DNA of 64,000 bases from Candidatus Scatosoma sp. (GTDB lineage: Bacteria; Bacillota; Clostridia; Christensenellales; Borkfalkiaceae). How positions within the stretch are numbered: the stretch's first letter is position 1; each line of letters starts with the position of its first letter. The stretch lies in assembly GCA_045614565.1 (NCBI GenBank), contig JAZLDG010000074.1, forward strand, positions 38,561-102,560. Reading direction: 5' to 3'. Below, one piece after another: positions 11,184 to 21,725 of the stretch. Both the position numbers and the translations under genes were made by a program. Under the pieces are notes generated by a model. The model did no database searches and was not told the origin of the DNA. It saw only the letters and a list, made by a program, of their open reading frames with translations.

Positions 11184-12860
11184 TTATACCTTCGTAATAA
11201 TATCGCTGATCGCCCCGCCCGGCGGCAACATCGGCAACACCATTTCGTCCTTATCGATCCGCACGTCGATAACCGCGGGTTTACCCGCTTGCAACGCTTT
11301 TTCAAACGCTTGCTTGAACTCGACCTGCGTTTCCGCCAAATACCCGTCCGCGCCAAACGCTTTCGCCAAAGCCACAAAATCGGTTTTTCTTTTGAGTACG
11401 GTGTTAGAATAACGTTTTCCAAAGAACAGCGTTTGCCATTGTCTTACCATACCCAACACGCCGTTGTTCATCAAGACGATAACGACGGGAATATTATAGG
11501 TTACGGCGGTTGCCAGCTCGTTCAAGTTCATACCGAAGCTTCCGTCGCCCGTAATCAAAACGGTAGGATCTTTGGTCGCCGTGTACGCACCGATCGCCGC
11601 GCCCAAGCCAAAGCCCATCGTACCCAAACCGCCGCTCGAAACGATCCGTCTCGGACGGTCGAAATACGCGTACTGCGCCGTCCACATTTGATGCTGACCA
11701 ACGTCCGTTGCTATGATCGTACCCGCGGGTTTATTCGCGTTGATAATATCAAACACTTGCTTGGGCGTAAGCGGCGCGGTATTCGCCGCCGCTATTTCCG
11801 CTTCAAAGGCAAGTTCTTCTTTTTTGAGCTGACGAACGCGAGCGAGCCATTCGGGGCTGCTCTTGGCTTCGCACTTTGCCGCAATACGGCTGAATGCGTC
11901 GTGCACGTCGCCGACAAGCCCCAACTCGACGGGTACGTTCTTGTTAATTTCCGCGTAATCGGGGTCTAACTGTATAATTTTGCTTTGCTTGGCAAATTTA
12001 GAAACGTTCCCCGTAGCGCGATCGGAAAACCGAACGCCGACGGCGAGAATTAAATCCGCTTCGTTTTGGGACATAGACGACGCGTAATGCCCGTGCATAC
12101 CCTGCATTCCCAAAAACCGTTCGCTATCCTGCGGTACGGCGGAAAGCCCCATAAACGTACAGCCGATCGCCGCGTCGATTTTGTCCGCCAAAGCCACGAT
12201 CTCTTCACCCATTCCAAGCCCTGCCGCGCCCCCACCGACGTAAATATACGGTCTTTTCGCTTCGGAAATGAGCTTCACCGCTTCGTCGATTTGCGTTTCG
12301 TCTACCGTGGGCAAAGGAATTTTCTCTACCACGGGTTGCGGCTCGTACTCGTAGAAAGCCACCTGCACGTCCTTGGGAATATCAATCAAAACGGGACCGG
12401 GTCTGCCCGATTTCGCGATTTGGAACGCTTCGCGTACGGTGTCGGCAAGGTCTTTAATATCGTTCACGAAATAATTGTGCTTGGTGATCGGCAAGGTCAC
12501 GCCCGTGATATCGATTTCTTGGAAACTGTCCTTTCCGATCAACGAACAAGGTACGTTCCCCGTAATCGCAACCATCGGAATACTGTCCAGCATCGCCGTC
12601 GCAATACCCGTAACCAAATTCGTAGCACCAGGTCCGCTCGTAGCGATACAAACGCCCACCTTTCCCGTTGCACGGGAATACCCGTCCGCGGCGTGCGACG
12701 CACCTTGTTCGTGCGCCGTTAAAACGTGGTTGATTTCGTCCTTGTATTCGTACAAGGCATCGTAAATATTGATAACCTGACCGCCGGGATACCCGAATAC
12801 GTCGGTTACCCCTTGTTCGATCAGCGTCTTGATTAAAATTTGAGATCCTTTTAATTTCAT
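11184..12860 (-). CDS. ilvB: acetolactate synthase large (catalytic) subunit
   Basis: GYPGG...HEQGA...GPGATN and the ThDP motif GDGSFGMNLNELAT in a 558-aa protein. Confidence 0.93.
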   Translation of the reverse strand: MKLKGSQILIKTLIEQGVTDVFGYPGGQVINIYDALYEYKDEINHVLTAHEQGASHAADGYSRATGKVGVCIATSGPGATNLVTGIATAMLDSIPMVAITGNVPCSLIGKDSFQEIDITGVTLPITKHNYFVNDIKDLADTVREAFQIAKSGRPGPVLIDIPKDVQVAFYEYEPQPVVEKIPLPTVDETQIDEAVKLISEAKRPYIYVGGGAAGLGMGEEIVALADKIDAAIGCTFMGLSAVPQDSERFLGMQGMHGHYASSMSQNEADLILAVGVRFSDRATGNVSKFAKQSKIIQLDPDYAEINKNVPVELGLVGDVHDAFSRIAAKCEAKSSPEWLARVRQLKKEELAFEAEIAAANTAPLTPKQVFDIINANKPAGTIIATDVGQHQMWTAQYAYFDRPRRIVSSGGLGTMGFGLGAAIGAYTATKDPTVLITGDGSFGMNLNELATAVTYNIPVVIVLMNNGVLGMVRQWQTLFFGKRYSNTVLKRKTDFVALAKAFGADGYLAETQVEFKQAFEKALQAGKPAVIDVRIDKDEMVLPMLPPGGAISDIITKV

Positions 12861-12887
12861 CTTTGTCTACTCCTTCACTTTATCATC

Positions 12888-14546
12888 TTACAGCAATCTA
12901 TTGACTGCGGACACCAACGCCCGAACGGACGAAGTCATAATGTCTGTGTGTATCCCCGCGCCCCAAAACGGTTTTCCGTTTTCCACGATACAAATATACG
13001 AAGCCGCTTGCGAAGTCGATTTTTCTTCCAACGCGTGTTCGACGTAATTTTCAAGCGTATACTCTTTTCCCGTAACTTGCTTAATCGCGGTGCTTACGCA
13101 ATCGAGCCTGCCGTTTCCTTCCACTTCCACGGTCGTAGCCTTCCCCGCGTACTCGATCACGATCTTGCCCTTAATCCGTTCTGCGGAAACGTCTTGATAA
13201 CCCGCTTCCAAAACGTTAAGCTTTTCGGTAAGATTGACGAAATCCCGAATGAAAATGTCGTACACTTCTTTGGACGCAAGCTCTCTATGCTCGTGATCGG
13301 AAATACTCTTGACGTGATAGCCGAACTGTTCACGCATTTTGGGGGGTAAAATAAGCTTGAATTGCGTTTCGAGCACGTACCCGATACCGCCCTTTCCCGA
13401 TTGCGAATTGATGCGGATAACGTCCGCCTCGTATACTCTGCCCACGTCGGCAGGATCGAGCGGGAGATAGGGCACAGTCCAAGTATTTTCGTCCCTTTCC
13501 ACCCTGTATTTCATACCCTTTGCAATCGCGTCTTGGTGCGAGCCCGAGAACGCCGCGAACACAAGCTGCCCGCTGTACGGCTGACGCTCGCTCACTTTCA
13601 TTCTCGTCACTCGTTCGTACACCTTGGTAATCGCGGGCAAATCGGAAAAATCAAGCAACGGATCGACGCCTTGGGAATACATATTCAACGCTAGCGTCAC
13701 GATATCTACGTTCCCCGTGCGTTCGCCGTTCCCAAACAGCGTACCTTCGATACGGTCGCCCCCTGCAAGCAAGCCCATTTCGCTGTCCGCAACCGCACAG
13801 CCGCGGTCGTTGTGGGGGTGCAAGGAAATGACGACGTTTTCGCGGTTTTTCAGGTTTTTGCACATATATTCGACCTGACTTGCGTACACGTGCGGCATAG
13901 AATTTTCCACCGTCACGGGCAAATTGATAATCGCCTTATCGTCCGCCGTGGGCTGCCAAATATCAAGCACGGCGTTACAAATTTCCGCCGCAAATTCAGG
14001 CTCCGTACCCGTAAAGCTTTCGGGAGAATATTCAAAGGTGATTTTTCCTTCCGCTTGCTCACGGTATTTTTTACAAAGTTTCGCGCCCGTCACCGCAATA
14101 TCGATAATTTCTTTTTTCTCTCTCTTGAACACCTGCTCGCGTTGCGCTTTGGACGTGGAATTGTACAAATGCACGATCGCGCGTTTCGCGCCTTTGAGCG
14201 CGGCAAACGTCTTTTCGATGATATGCTCGCGGGACTGCGTAAGTACTTGAATGGTCACGTCGTCAGGAATCAAATTTCTCTCGATGAGCGCGCGGCAAAA
14301 TTCATATTCCGTTTCGCTCGCCGCGGGGAAACCCACTTCGATTTCCTTGAACCCGATTTGACAAAGCAAAGTGAAAAATTCAAGCTTTTCTTCCAAACTC
14401 ATCGGAATAATCAATGCTTGATTTCCGTCGCGCAAATCCACGCTACACCAAACGGGCGGTTTTTCAATCGCCGTCTTTTTCACCCAATCCATCGTTACGC
14501 CTTGTGGCGTGAAATATTGTTTCACGTATTTTTGACTGTTTCTCAT
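12888..14546 (-). CDS. leuA: 2-isopropylmalate synthase (long form)
   Basis: WCSVDLRDGNQAL...HPHNDRGCAVA...GERTGN motifs in a 552-aa protein. Confidence 0.92.
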   Translation of the reverse strand: MRNSQKYVKQYFTPQGVTMDWVKKTAIEKPPVWCSVDLRDGNQALIIPMSLEEKLEFFTLLCQIGFKEIEVGFPAASETEYEFCRALIERNLIPDDVTIQVLTQSREHIIEKTFAALKGAKRAIVHLYNSTSKAQREQVFKREKKEIIDIAVTGAKLCKKYREQAEGKITFEYSPESFTGTEPEFAAEICNAVLDIWQPTADDKAIINLPVTVENSMPHVYASQVEYMCKNLKNRENVVISLHPHNDRGCAVADSEMGLLAGGDRIEGTLFGNGERTGNVDIVTLALNMYSQGVDPLLDFSDLPAITKVYERVTRMKVSERQPYSGQLVFAAFSGSHQDAIAKGMKYRVERDENTWTVPYLPLDPADVGRVYEADVIRINSQSGKGGIGYVLETQFKLILPPKMREQFGYHVKSISDHEHRELASKEVYDIFIRDFVNLTEKLNVLEAGYQDVSAERIKGKIVIEYAGKATTVEVEGNGRLDCVSTAIKQVTGKEYTLENYVEHALEEKSTSQAASYICIVENGKPFWGAGIHTDIMTSSVRALVSAVNRLL

Positions 14547-14560
14547 ACTCTTACCTTTCT

Positions 14561-14800
14561 AAAAAAATAATCTCTTTCCCGCGCTAAAAAAGCAGGAAAG
14601 AGACGAAGAATTTTTTTCTCCGCGGTACCACTCCGTTTGACGGAAATTTTCCGTCCACTCACGTCCTTGAAAGACTTTCCCTATAACGGGGGAATCCGTC
14701 CGAATCTACTTGGCGAAATTCGCCGTTCTCTCGGCGGCTCGGGGAGGAGCTATGTTCCGTAATCCGTGTCGGCTTACACCCGCCGCCGACTCTCTGCTTT
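14561..14800 (-). promoter_or_regulatory. T-box leader (tRNA-sensing riboswitch) with intrinsic terminator, upstream of leuA
   Basis: The minus strand contains AGAGAG near the 5' end, an F-box-like CCGTTA, and the T-box core AGTGGTACCGCGGAG (plus strand 14618..14632). It ends in the terminator hairpin TCTCTTTCC...GGAAAGAGA (14571..14603) followed by TTATTTTTTT. I could not assign the specifier codon. Confidence 0.8.
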
Positions 14801-14955
14801 TTACGGTTTTTACGAATTTTTTCCCGTCGTTGCCTTTGTTTTATAATGCTTGTATATATTGTATACTACTTTCTTCTTTTTGTCAAGAAAGTACTGTCAC
14901 CTTTTTCACTTTTTTTACGATATTTTCTTGGAAAATGTTGCAATTCTTCGCTTCA

Positions 14956-16017
14956 TTACAGCTTATGCACCCAGCGGAAGGTATCTTCAATCTTACCCCA
15001 TTGAATACCCGTCAAAATATCGTAGAGTTTTTGCGTAACTTCGCCGATCTTGCCGCCGCCGATTTCGTATTCTTCATCGCCGTACGCAAGCTTTCCGATA
15101 GGCGACACGACCGCCGCCGTACCGCAGCCCCAAGCTTCTTCCAGCGTGCCGTTTTTCATCGCTGCCAAAAGCTCGTCCACGGACAAAAGCCGTTCGCTGA
15201 CCGAATACCCCAAGGACTTCAAAACTTCAATACAGCTCTTGCGGGTAATTCCGGGTAAAATCGAACCCGTCAAAAGGGGCGTGATGATTTCGCCGTTGAT
15301 TTTGAACATAACGTTCATTGCGCCCACTTCTTCAATATACTTTCTTTCCACGCCGTCCAGCCACAGTACCTGCGAATAGCCTTTTTTTGCTGCTCTTTCG
15401 CCCGCACGCGTGCTTGCTGCGTAATTCCCGCCGCATTTCGCGTAACCCGTACCGCCGCGCACCGTTCTAACGTCTTCGTTTTCGATCATAATCTTGACGG
15501 GGTTAATCCCTTCAGCGTAGTAGCTTCCGCTCGGCGATGCAATGAGCATAAACGTCGCGCGTTTCACCGCGTGTACTCCTAAGCTTTCGTCGTTCCCGAA
15601 CATAAAGGGACGAAGATAGAGCGACGTCCCGAACGAATGGGGCACGAAGCGTTCTTCTAAACGTACGAATGTTTCCAAAATTTCTAACGCGTCCTGCTCG
15701 TCTAAAAGGGGCAAGCTCATACGCTCGGCGGAATTGTTCATACGGCGGATATTTTCCATCGGTCTAAACAGCTGTATGCCGCCGTCCGCGCGTCTGTACG
15801 CTTTCAAGCCTTCAAAGATTTCCGCGCCGTAATGCAATACGGTAGACGCGGGATGCAAGGAAATACGCCCGAACGGCACGATTCTCGCATCGTACCAGCC
15901 CCGACCTTCTTCGTAGTCCATTATAAACATATGGTCGGTAAATACTTTCCCAAAGCCCAACTTATCTTCGGGCGGCATTACGCTCGGCGTCGTCGTTTTC
16001 GTGATTTTGATTTCCAT
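14956..16017 (-). CDS. ilvE: branched-chain amino-acid aminotransferase
   Basis: Class IV aminotransferase layout (FEGLKAYR...YLRP...GTGYAKCGGNYAAS). Start taken at the ATG 16017, preceded by GGGAG. Confidence 0.9.
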   Translation of the reverse strand: MEIKITKTTTPSVMPPEDKLGFGKVFTDHMFIMDYEEGRGWYDARIVPFGRISLHPASTVLHYGAEIFEGLKAYRRADGGIQLFRPMENIRRMNNSAERMSLPLLDEQDALEILETFVRLEERFVPHSFGTSLYLRPFMFGNDESLGVHAVKRATFMLIASPSGSYYAEGINPVKIMIENEDVRTVRGGTGYAKCGGNYAASTRAGERAAKKGYSQVLWLDGVERKYIEEVGAMNVMFKINGEIITPLLTGSILPGITRKSCIEVLKSLGYSVSERLLSVDELLAAMKNGTLEEAWGCGTAAVVSPIGKLAYGDEEYEIGGGKIGEVTQKLYDILTGIQWGKIEDTFRWVHKL

Positions 16018-16157
16018 AATCCACTCCCGTTCTCCATTCAAAAAACGAATTGAAGACATAAATTGCATTTATTTATATAATTATACAATATGATAGCACG
16101 CAAAAAAAATTAAGTCAACATTTTTTGCGTGCTTTTTACGTTTTTTATAAAATTTTA

Positions 16158-16187
16158 GCCCCGTTCCGCATTTTTTCGGAACGAGGC
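16158..16187 (-). terminator. intrinsic terminator after the symporter gene
   Basis: Minus strand reads GCCTCGTTCCG-aaaaaatg-CGGAACGGGGC followed by TAAAATTTTAT. Confidence 0.55.
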
Positions 16188-16195
16188 TTCGTTTT

Positions 16196-17827
16196 TTACG
16201 CGTTTGCGTCTTCCGCGGCAGGTTCTTCCGCCGCTTCGCCATTTTCTACGGCAAGGTCTTTAATAAACTGTTCGTTTTGTTCGGGATATCCCGAAAGCAT
16301 AGGCACTACGTCCTTGCCCGCTTTCCGATCGAAGTAGTTTTTGGTAATCTTGGCAACTAAGCCGCCCATAAACACCAAACCGATCAAGTTGGGCAACGCC
16401 ATAAGCCCGTTGAAGGTATCGGAAATTTCCCACGCAAGCGTGTTATCCATAATCGCCGCCACGATAACGAGCAATACGTACGCCACTTTGAATACGACCG
16501 TCGCGATTTTTTGTCCCTTATCCCCCGTCTTACGGAAAAGGAACTGTACGCATTTTTCACCGTAATACGACCAAGCGAGAATGGTGGTAAACGCGAACAA
16601 GGGAATAATCGTCGCGTAAATAACCGTACCCACGTCGCCGAACAAGCCTTGGAACGCACGCATCGAAACGACCGTCGTCGAGAGCGAATTGCCGTTTGCG
16701 TCTACGTAATACAAGACGTCGGTCATACCCGCTTCGTTGCCAAACGACACGAGAATAACGAGCGCGGTAAGCGTACAAATAATGAACGTATCGAAGAATA
16801 CTTCAAAGATACCCCAAAGCCCTTGTTTTACAGGCTCCCGCGTAGCGGACGCGCTATGCGCGATAACGGACGAACCAAGCCCCGCTTCGTTGGAGAATAC
16901 GCCGCGCGCAAGACCCTTTTGAATGATTTGCGCGAATACGTAACCGCCTACGCCCGCAATCGCCGTTTCAAAGCTGAAAATGTTGGAGAATATCAAAACA
17001 AACGCATTTCCTACCATCGTAATATTTGCAAAAATGATGATAAGTGCCATCAAAATAAACACCACGGACATAAAGGGCACGAGAATGGAAGCTACTCTAC
17101 CGATAGATTTGATACCGCCCAAGATAACGAGCGCAAGCATAACTGCAACCACGATACCGACGATCAAAACGACTACGTTGGTATCCACGCCTTGCACGCT
17201 GCCGAAAATGTCTTCAAACGTACCCGCGATATTGTTCGTTTGCGCGCCGCTCATACCGATTGCCGCGAGTACGCAGAATACCGCCGCCATTACGCCGAGC
17301 ACCTTACCAAAGCCCTTCAAGAACGAGCCGCCCTTGCCTTTTACGTCGCGGCCGATACCTTCGGAAAGGTATTGCATAGGACCGCCCGAAAATTCGCCGT
17401 CGCTACCCTTTTTACGGAAATACATACCGAGCACGTTTTCCGCGTAGTTGGTAACCATACCGAAGAATGCGGAAATCCACATCCAGAACACCGCACCGGG
17501 ACCGCCCGTCATAATCGCGGACGTAACACCGATAATGTTCCCCGTACCGACCGTTCCCGAAATTGCGGTTGCAAACGCTTCAAACGGGGAAATGGTCTTT
17601 TCCTTTTTCATTCCGCCGCCAACCTTGTCCTTTTTTACGACCATACTCTTAACGGTAGGAATGATGGTTTCGCCCCAAGACGTACCGAATTTACGGACTT
17701 GAAGCACCTTCGTGCGTACGGTGAGATAGATACCCGTGCCGAGAATTAAAATAATCATCGGCCAGCCCCACACGACGCCGTTGATCGCGGAGTTGACGCT
17801 CGCGATCCAAGCCAAAACTTGTTCCAT
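16196..17827 (-). CDS. sodium:alanine (glycine) symporter family (AGCS) amino-acid carrier
   Basis: 543-aa polytopic membrane protein. The N-terminus VNSAINGVVWGWPMIILILGTGIYLT and the region AIMTGGPGAVFWMW are typical of the AGCS family. Confidence 0.88.
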   Translation of the reverse strand: MEQVLAWIASVNSAINGVVWGWPMIILILGTGIYLTVRTKVLQVRKFGTSWGETIIPTVKSMVVKKDKVGGGMKKEKTISPFEAFATAISGTVGTGNIIGVTSAIMTGGPGAVFWMWISAFFGMVTNYAENVLGMYFRKKGSDGEFSGGPMQYLSEGIGRDVKGKGGSFLKGFGKVLGVMAAVFCVLAAIGMSGAQTNNIAGTFEDIFGSVQGVDTNVVVLIVGIVVAVMLALVILGGIKSIGRVASILVPFMSVVFILMALIIIFANITMVGNAFVLIFSNIFSFETAIAGVGGYVFAQIIQKGLARGVFSNEAGLGSSVIAHSASATREPVKQGLWGIFEVFFDTFIICTLTALVILVSFGNEAGMTDVLYYVDANGNSLSTTVVSMRAFQGLFGDVGTVIYATIIPLFAFTTILAWSYYGEKCVQFLFRKTGDKGQKIATVVFKVAYVLLVIVAAIMDNTLAWEISDTFNGLMALPNLIGLVFMGGLVAKITKNYFDRKAGKDVVPMLSGYPEQNEQFIKDLAVENGEAAEEPAAEDANA

Positions 17828-17845
17828 AACAGAACCTCCTATGTA

Positions 17846-18111
17846 AATAAAAAATAATGACGGAGTATAAAAACACTCCGTCGGCCGTTACGAAAAAAAG
17901 CAAAACTTTCCCTTTGAAAAGGGTTGATTTTACAAAGCATTTCTCTGTCCTTTTGCCTGAGAGATTAACGGCGGTTTTCCGTCCGTTTTGCCCCTTCGGC
18001 ACTCGCCTTGCGCGAGCTTCTCCGGAGTGCTATCCGATAGCAGTTCCCAATCTTGCGATCACCTGAGAGCTTTACTCCTTCGGTCGGACGAACCCGCCCG
18101 TCTTCTACTAT
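17846..18111 (-). promoter_or_regulatory. tandem glycine riboswitch with terminator expression platform
   Basis: Aptamer 1 on the minus strand is ATAGTAG...ACCGAAGGAGTAA...CTCTCAGGT...CTGCTAT. Aptamer 2 is CTCCGGAGAAG...GCCGAAGGGGCAA...CTCTCAGGCAAAAGGACAGAG. They are followed by the hairpin GACGGAGT-gtttttat-ACTCCGTC (17859..17882) and a U-run. Confidence 0.85.
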
Positions 18112-18274
18112 CTTCTTATAGCGCGCTTTCTTCAATTTTCGTCTATGATAACACACACTTAAACGTTTTGTCAATAAAATTTCACCCGTTTTTGATAATT
18201 TTTTTATCAATCAGTAGATTTTTACGAAAAAAAATGATATAATAAAAGAAAAAATTACGGGGCTTTTTATTTGT

Positions 18275-19306
18275 ATGATTAAAAAAACGTATTCGTTTGA
18301 AAAGAACGGCAATATTAACGACGTATACACCCTTTCCAACGCCGCGGGCGCGGAAGTGGATATTCTCACCTATGGCGGACGCATCACCCGCATTTCCGTA
18401 CCCGATAAAAACGGAGCGTTCGGCGACGTGATCGTCGGCTGTGCAAAATCCGAAGATTATTATGAAAAAAATCCTTATTTCGGCGCGACGATCGGACGGT
18501 ACAGCAACCGCATCGGCGGGGCGCGGTTTGTAATCGGGGGTAAAGAATATAAACTCGAAGCCAACGAACGGGGCAATATTTTGCACGGCGGTAAGAACGG
18601 CGATTTTTCGCGCAAGGTTTGGAGCGCGGAAATTGCGGGCAATACGCTCGTTTTATCCCATTTCTCCCCCGACGGCGAAAGCGGTTTCCCCGGGAATTTG
18701 TCCGTGAAGGTCTTTTTCACACTCACGGAAGAAAACGCGCTCGTTATCGAATACGCCGCGGTGAGCGATCAAGACACCGTTTGCAATCTCACCAACCATT
18801 CGTATTTTAATATCGGCGGTCAAGATACCGTGCTTAACCACGAATTGATGATCAAAGCCCGCCGTATCACGCCCGTGGACGAAGAATTGATCCCCCACGG
18901 CGAATATATGGATATCGACGGTACGCCGTACAGCTTTTACCCCGCGAAAAAGCTGGGTAAGGACACTTTCTCGGACGAAAAAATGATTAAAATGGCGAAC
19001 GGGTACGATTTTAACTACTGCTTGGAAAGAAGCGGCGACGGCTTGGAACATTTTGCATACGTGTACGACGAAGAAACGGGTAGAAAAATGGACTGTTATA
19101 CGACGCTTTGCGGCGTACAGCTTTACACCGCGGGCGGTATGGTCAGATTTGACGGCAAGCGCGTATACGGCAACCATTGCGCGCTTTGCTTGGAAACACA
19201 AGGCTACCCCAACTCCCCCAACTGCCCCGAATACCCGTCCACCCTTTTGCGTGCGGGGGAAAAATACACGGCGACGACCGTTTATAAATTCTCCGTCGTT
19301 AAATAA
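18275..19306 (+). CDS. galM: aldose 1-epimerase (galactose mutarotase)
   Basis: 343 aa with GATIGRYSNRI, HGG and NLTNHSYFN motifs of the aldose epimerase family. Confidence 0.85.
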   Translation: MIKKTYSFEKNGNINDVYTLSNAAGAEVDILTYGGRITRISVPDKNGAFGDVIVGCAKSEDYYEKNPYFGATIGRYSNRIGGARFVIGGKEYKLEANERGNILHGGKNGDFSRKVWSAEIAGNTLVLSHFSPDGESGFPGNLSVKVFFTLTEENALVIEYAAVSDQDTVCNLTNHSYFNIGGQDTVLNHELMIKARRITPVDEELIPHGEYMDIDGTPYSFYPAKKLGKDTFSDEKMIKMANGYDFNYCLERSGDGLEHFAYVYDEETGRKMDCYTTLCGVQLYTAGGMVRFDGKRVYGNHCALCLETQGYPNSPNCPEYPSTLLRAGEKYTATTVYKFSVVK

Positions 19307-19330
19307 ACATAAATTATCAGTACGGAAAGA

Positions 19331-19360
19331 TTGACAAAAAAGCAACATAAAGTGTATAAT
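19331..19360 (+). promoter_or_regulatory. sigma-70-type promoter for the DUF1538 operon
   Basis: TTGACA (19331..19336), an 18-nt spacer ending in TG, then TATAAT (19355..19360). Confidence 0.6.
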
Positions 19361-19399
19361 ATATTTTAGTATGGTTTTTAGTTTTAGGCGGATTACGAG

Positions 19400-20923
19400 A
19401 TGTTGAAAGCGTTATTCCACAAATTGAAAGAAGCGGCGGTGAGCGTATTTCCCGTCGCTATTATCGTGTTGTTTCTCAATCTTACCCCGCTCGTCAATTT
19501 CACACTGACGGAAACCTTGATTTTTGCAGGCTGCGCCGTCACACTCGTCGTCGGTATGGCACTTTTCAATCTCGGCGCCGATATGGCGATGACGCCGATG
19601 GGCGAACAGGTCGGTTCGGGCTTGTCCAAGTCGGGAAAGCTCGGCATACTGCTTTTGGTATGTTTCATTATGGGCGTGTGCGTAACCATCGCCGAGCCTG
19701 ACCTTTCCGTGCTTGCTTCGCAAGTACAAGATATTCTCAACGGCACGACGCTGATCGTGACGATCGGCGTAGGCGTGGGCGCGTTTTTACTTTTGGCGAT
19801 ACTCCGTATCGTGTTCCGTTTAAGCCTTGCCCACCTTATGACCTTTTTCTACTTATTGTTATTCGCGCTTTCCGCGCTCATTTTGGAAAGCGGAAACGGT
19901 AGCTTTTTACCCCTTGCGTTCGATTCGGGCGGGGTAACCACGGGTCCTATCACCGTACCCTTTATTATGGCACTCGGCGCGGGCGTTTCAGCTACGCTGG
20001 GCGATAAGCACGACCGCGAAAGCAGCTTCGGCTTTATCGCGCTTTGCTCGATCGGACCTATTCTCGCGGTAATGTTTTTGGGACTTTTCGCAAGCGGGGA
20101 AATGGAATACGCGCTCCCTGATTACACGATGCAAACGGGATTTGCGGAAATTGCCGAAACCTTTTTGCATACTTGCGGAGAAGTGTTGATGGCGTTGCTT
20201 CCCATTATCGCGTTTTTCTTCATTTTGCAATTCGCAGTATTGAAATTGCCCCAAAAGCGCATCTTACCCATCGCCGTCGGAATTTTTTACACCTTTTTCG
20301 GGCTTGTGATTTTCTTGGCGGCAGTGTCCGTCGGGTTTTTGCCGCTCGGCTATAAAATGGGTACGCAACTTGCGGCGCAAGACCCCGTACTGCTCGTTTT
20401 GTTCGCGTTTTTGTTGGGCTTGACCGTCGTTTTGGCAGAGCCTGCCATTCACGTCTTGAATAAACAAGTCGAAAGCGTAACGGGCGGCGCGGTGAAAAAG
20501 ACTTCGATGCTGATCGCGCTTTCCGTGGGCGTGGGCGTGGCAATCGCCCTGTCCGTTATCCGCGCGATTTTCGATTTCAGTATTTTGTATTATCTTATCG
20601 TCGGGTATTTCCTGTCGCTTGGACTTTCGTTCTTCGTTCCCAAGCTGTACACAGCGATTGCGTTCGACTCGGGCGGCGTTGCGAGCGGGCCGTTGACTTC
20701 CAGCTTCATTCTCCCTTTCCTTATCGGCGTTTGCGCGACCTTGCAGGGGGAAAGCAAAATCCTTTTGGACGCATTCGGGCTTGTCGCGATGGTAGCGATG
20801 ACGCCGCTCATTTCCATTCAAGCCCTCGGCTTTAAGGCGGTTGCAACCAAGCATTTACGCGAAAAAATCGCCATGCGCCGTATTCTCGCCGCGGACGACG
20901 AGCAAATTATTGATTTTATGTAA
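19400..20923 (+). CDS. DUF1538-family integral membrane protein
   Basis: 507-aa polytopic protein with an internal duplication (AFDSGGVTTGPITVPFI and AFDSGGVASGPLTSSFI). It is followed by P-II-like genes, the usual context for DUF1538 as I recall. Confidence 0.7.
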   Translation: MLKALFHKLKEAAVSVFPVAIIVLFLNLTPLVNFTLTETLIFAGCAVTLVVGMALFNLGADMAMTPMGEQVGSGLSKSGKLGILLLVCFIMGVCVTIAEPDLSVLASQVQDILNGTTLIVTIGVGVGAFLLLAILRIVFRLSLAHLMTFFYLLLFALSALILESGNGSFLPLAFDSGGVTTGPITVPFIMALGAGVSATLGDKHDRESSFGFIALCSIGPILAVMFLGLFASGEMEYALPDYTMQTGFAEIAETFLHTCGEVLMALLPIIAFFFILQFAVLKLPQKRILPIAVGIFYTFFGLVIFLAAVSVGFLPLGYKMGTQLAAQDPVLLVLFAFLLGLTVVLAEPAIHVLNKQVESVTGGAVKKTSMLIALSVGVGVAIALSVIRAIFDFSILYYLIVGYFLSLGLSFFVPKLYTAIAFDSGGVASGPLTSSFILPFLIGVCATLQGESKILLDAFGLVAMVAMTPLISIQALGFKAVATKHLREKIAMRRILAADDEQIIDFM

Positions 20924-20938
20924 ACGAAGGGGGCAGGT

Positions 20939-21331
20939 ATGGCGTTAAAGAATGTTTTACGGAAAACGAAAAAAGAAAAGCCCGCTTCGGCGGATTTCAA
21001 AAAACTTAAACTTTTAATCACGGTCGTCAACCGTAGCAAGGGCGAGTTTTATATGGATTATCTCGGCGGTTTTGAAGTCAATTTCCAAACGAGCGTTTTG
21101 GCGCAAGGCACGGCGCACTCGGAAACCTTGCACTTGCTCGGTTTGGAAAACTCGGACAAAAGCGTAATTTTCAGTATCGTGCGGGAAGACAAAGCGGAAG
21201 AAATTTTGCGGGGCTTGGACGAAAAATTCCAAACGGTGAAAAAGGGTAAAGGGATTGCTTTTACCGTCCCGCTTACCAGCGTCATCGGCGTGGCGATTTA
21301 TCGGTTTTTAAGTAATAACAGAACGGTTTGA
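20939..21331 (+). CDS. P-II-like signal-transduction family protein
   Basis: 130 aa. The core LLITVVNRSKGEFYMDYL...GKGIAFTVPLTSV resembles P-II/DUF-type nitrogen regulatory-like folds. Confidence 0.55.
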   Translation: MALKNVLRKTKKEKPASADFKKLKLLITVVNRSKGEFYMDYLGGFEVNFQTSVLAQGTAHSETLHLLGLENSDKSVIFSIVREDKAEEILRGLDEKFQTVKKGKGIAFTVPLTSVIGVAIYRFLSNNRTV

Positions 21332-21342
21332 AAGGTGGAATT

Positions 21343-21684
21343 ATGAAATACGGACACGAATCTATATTTTGTATTGTAAACAGCGGTTACAGCGAAGCGG
21401 TTATGGACGCGGCTAAAAAATTCGGCGCACGCGGGGGTACGGTTATCAACGCCCGCGGTACGGCAAGTAAAGACGCCGAAAAGTTTTTCGGGATTACGAT
21501 CGAGCCTGAAAAGGAAATCGTAATGATTCTCGTTCCCGCCAAATGCAAGGACGACATTTTACACGCCCTGTATAAAGAAGTCGGATTAGATACCGCAGGG
21601 CAAGGCATTGCATTCTCCCTGCCCGTCGATAGCGTAGTCGGCATCACCACCGAAGAAACAAGCAAAGAAACGGAAACGAAATAA
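21343..21684 (+). CDS. P-II-like signal-transduction family protein
   Basis: IFCIVNSGYSEAVMDAAKKFGARGGTVINARGT...GQGIAFSLPVDSV. Start at the ATG 21343, with AAAGGTGGA upstream. Confidence 0.6.
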   Translation: MKYGHESIFCIVNSGYSEAVMDAAKKFGARGGTVINARGTASKDAEKFFGITIEPEKEIVMILVPAKCKDDILHALYKEVGLDTAGQGIAFSLPVDSVVGITTEETSKETETK

Positions 21685-21725
21685 ACGAACGCGGGGTTGC
21701 ATTTTTCAATGCAACCCCGCGTTAT

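Noticed and set aside
14710-15258. A 182-aa plus-strand ORF spanning the T-box leader and the 3' end of ilvE.
   Set aside because: It overlaps a well-supported riboswitch and the ilvE coding sequence on the opposite strand. It has no motifs and no RBS.
18210-18228. The inverted repeat TTGATAA-N5-TTATCAA upstream of galM as a possible cre/CcpA or GalR operator.
   Set aside because: It does not fit the cre consensus (TGWAANCGNTNWCA) and lies in an AT-rich stretch where 7-bp palindromes are expected by chance. It is noted here only.
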